Positions 8,741 to 10,534 of a stretch of 10,534 nt of DNA are shown here, piece after piece (within the stretch, counting starts at the first letter, position 1; every line of letters begins with the position of its first letter). The stretch covers positions 1 through 10,534 of the forward strand of contig CDMY01000919.1 in assembly GCA_001179505.1 (NCBI GenBank), read 5' to 3'. The DNA is from Vitrella brassicaformis CCMP3155. Its lineage: Eukaryota > Protista > Chromerida. The notes beneath the pieces are model-generated. The model was not told where the DNA came from, ran no database searches, and saw only the letters and a list, made by a program, of their open reading frames with translations. A program made the position numbers and the translations under genes.

Positions 8741-9275
8741 TCACTGGCCGTACGTGACGTGGTGTAGTCTTGTGTCCACGGTACGATCTTTCGTCTGCCA
8801 TTCTATCCAGCCGCCTGTTGATCTGTATGGCGATATTGGATGCTCTCCAGAGACATGTAAAAGTAGTTGCGCAGCTGGTCTATCCTTCCCCCTGACCGTC
8901 AGCTGTCCTGATACCCTCTCGCACATTGACCCACACCATCTCACCCCTTGCAAGCCCCTAGAAGCTTCGAAAGACGACTGTCCCATTCCCGCCTCTTTGC
9001 ATCCTTGCTCAGCCAGCCAACTTGCCACGGCCATTGCAGCCAGGAGAGTCCCTTGCGCCCTTACGACCTGACAAAGCTCATCGAGAACACCCAGGCCCCG
9101 CGCTCGTTTGACGGACACATCTAGGAGCAGCCCTTTTCTTCTCTTCTCGTGTTTGTTGAGCCAAACAAAGCGCACAGTGGTGTTCCCCTTTCATCGAAGG
9201 TGGATTTCATGCCCAATTTGTAGCGAGGAAAAATACGATAGGTCCCCAAGCAGTGCAAGCACATGTGTCCGTATC
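8741..9275 (-). pseudogene. Stop-interrupted coding-like segment; diverged paralog of 5901-6110
   Basis: The frame THVLALLGDLSYFSSLQIGHEIHLR*KGNTTVRFVWLNKHEKRRKGLLLDVSVKRARGLGVLDELCQ... has an in-frame TGA at 9193-9191 and is then open for about 150 codons. GHEIHL to F[IV]W spacing matches the copy at ~6000. Confidence 0.35.
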
Positions 9276-9542
9276 AGGTACGTACAATTGTATGTATCAG
9301 CTGTGTATAGATGTGCCTGTGGCTGATGGATGGTTGGATCTCTCTGCTCGCCTGTGGATGGCGGGTTTGAAGGTGGAGGACCTACAGCGGTGTTCTCTAT
9401 GCCATTTGGTTTGCATTCGCGCAATCCTCCTTCATTTGCGTGTCATCGAGTTGGAGGAAGGAAGAAAACAGACAGGAAGATCAAGGCGGATTCGAAACGG
9501 ACTGACCGCACGCAAAAAGCCGAAGCCAGTTTCTCGGGATAG

Positions 9543-10001
9543 CGAATTCAACCCACGCCTCAGACGCATGGGTAGATGGAGCGTGGTATATTGATCAGTG
9601 CAGGTGGATGGATTGATAGAATATCAGACGAAAAATTGATACCGCATGTGTCTCATCGAACGAGCCTGACGTCCTGCACCACCAGAAGCAAAGCGCTGAT
9701 GGACAGCCATTGCAAGTCGCACAGACTCACCTGACTTAGCCATGGACGTCAAAAATTGTCGTCGCGCCCTCGTCACAGCATCAGAGGTAGGGAGTGCATC
9801 AGCGTACACGGAACCTACCTGGATATCGAAATAAGACTTCGTATACGGCTCGTGAAAAGCATCGCATGGCTACACAAATGGAATGAAAACCCGAAAAATC
9901 GGAATGGCCCGGATGGGCACAACAATAACAAGGTGCATATAAGCAGCATTTACGACTCGGTCGCCCATACACTATGAACCAACACCCATAATCCCACAAT
10001 G
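9543..10001 (-). repeat. Right arm of the long inverted repeat (~459 bp)
   Basis: Reverse complement of 7909-8344, with an extra ~23 bp near its inner end. Confidence 0.95.
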
Positions 10002-10173
10002 CATCTGGCACGCTCATCATACAAATTGTGGATGTCGTCGTGACCGGCTGACTGCTTGCCGATGCGATTCAAGGAACACACCGGCAGACGTATGCTCAAT
10101 GACTGATGTCGGCACAGAACAATTGCGATCAGATAGATATACAGACACAAATGCTGCACGAAAATCGCCAAAA

Positions 10174-10534
10174 TCATGGCGTCGGCGGCGAACCGCAGGC
10201 ATACGACTTAACTACAGTTGATGGCTTAAGCCGCCTGCCCTGTCCATTCACAGGAACAACCTGGTAATATTCACACTCTTCCCGGGCAGCGGGGACGTCC
10301 AGCCTGTGTCAACAGAGGAGATATGCACGTGAAGGTTGGATGCCTCCCCATCTGTCTGTCCTCCCTCGCACCGGTGTTCAAAATGCCGCCGGTCGAGCGT
10401 CATGACGAGCTTCTTGGGCGGGGCTGCCTTGTCCTTGTACACCAACCACTGGGTGTCACCACACAAGGGCACAGAGCAATGAGACGGACCGACACACCAC
10501 TGACTGATTGCATTTGTGGCTGTCGCACCTTGGC
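10174..10534 (-). CDS. 3' end of a gene, possibly ending in a fibronectin type III-like beta-sandwich; exons 10534-10529 (partial), 10448-10372, 10303-10174
   Basis: Two GTGCGA...CAG introns (80 and 68 nt) give AK-WLVYKDKAAPPKKLVMTLDRRHFEHR-LDVPAAREECEYYQVVPVNGQGRRLKPSTVVKSYACGSPPTP*. The segment YYQVVPVNGQGRRLKPS resembles the FN3 F-G strand pattern YxVxAVNxxGxxxPS. Confidence 0.7.

Noticed and set aside
9950-10177. ORF MILAIFVQHLCLYIYLIAIVLC..., which looks like a signal peptide
   Set aside because: Its ATG overlaps the stop of the FN3-like gene and it lies in the presumed 3' UTR. TG-rich UTR sequence readily yields hydrophobic translations.
1-10534. CRISPR array, rRNA/tRNA genes, dinoflagellate spliced-leader sequence, or prokaryotic operon/defence system
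   Set aside because: I saw no regularly spaced repeat-spacer array, no recognisable RNA-gene motifs and no SL 22-mer. The gene structure is spliceosomal and eukaryotic.

Overview
Eukaryotic, GC-rich, intron-dense genomic DNA. Introns are mostly 45-110 nt with GTGAGY/GTGCGT/GTACGT donors and YAG acceptors. The style suggests a chromerid alveolate such as Vitrella; this is inference, not proof. The six-frame ORF track is mostly misleading because the real genes are split into short exons, so I rebuilt them by hand from splice signals and frame continuity. From left to right: (1) the 3' end of a probable CRE-clade (RLE-type) non-LTR retrotransposon ORF, 1-228 +; (2) a small signal-peptide gene, 351-694 -; (3) a 9-exon, ~425-aa putatively secreted protein of unknown family, 1457-3388 -; (4) an 8-exon, ~338-aa N-BAR-like protein, 3780-5266 +; (5) a 7-exon, ~254-aa unknown protein, 6385-7644 +; (6) a ~2.1-kb block bounded by ~440-bp inverted repeats (7909-8344 and 9543-10001), whose spacer holds a G-quadruplex motif and a stop-interrupted paralog of a segment at ~5955-6110; (7) the last exons of an FN3-like gene, 10174-10534 -. 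I see no rRNA, tRNA or CRISPR array. I cannot claim a clearly new biological system. The best leads are the inverted-repeat block between convergent genes, the diverged GHEIHL repeat pair and the atypical BAR protein. All gene models are manual and need RNA-seq confirmation.
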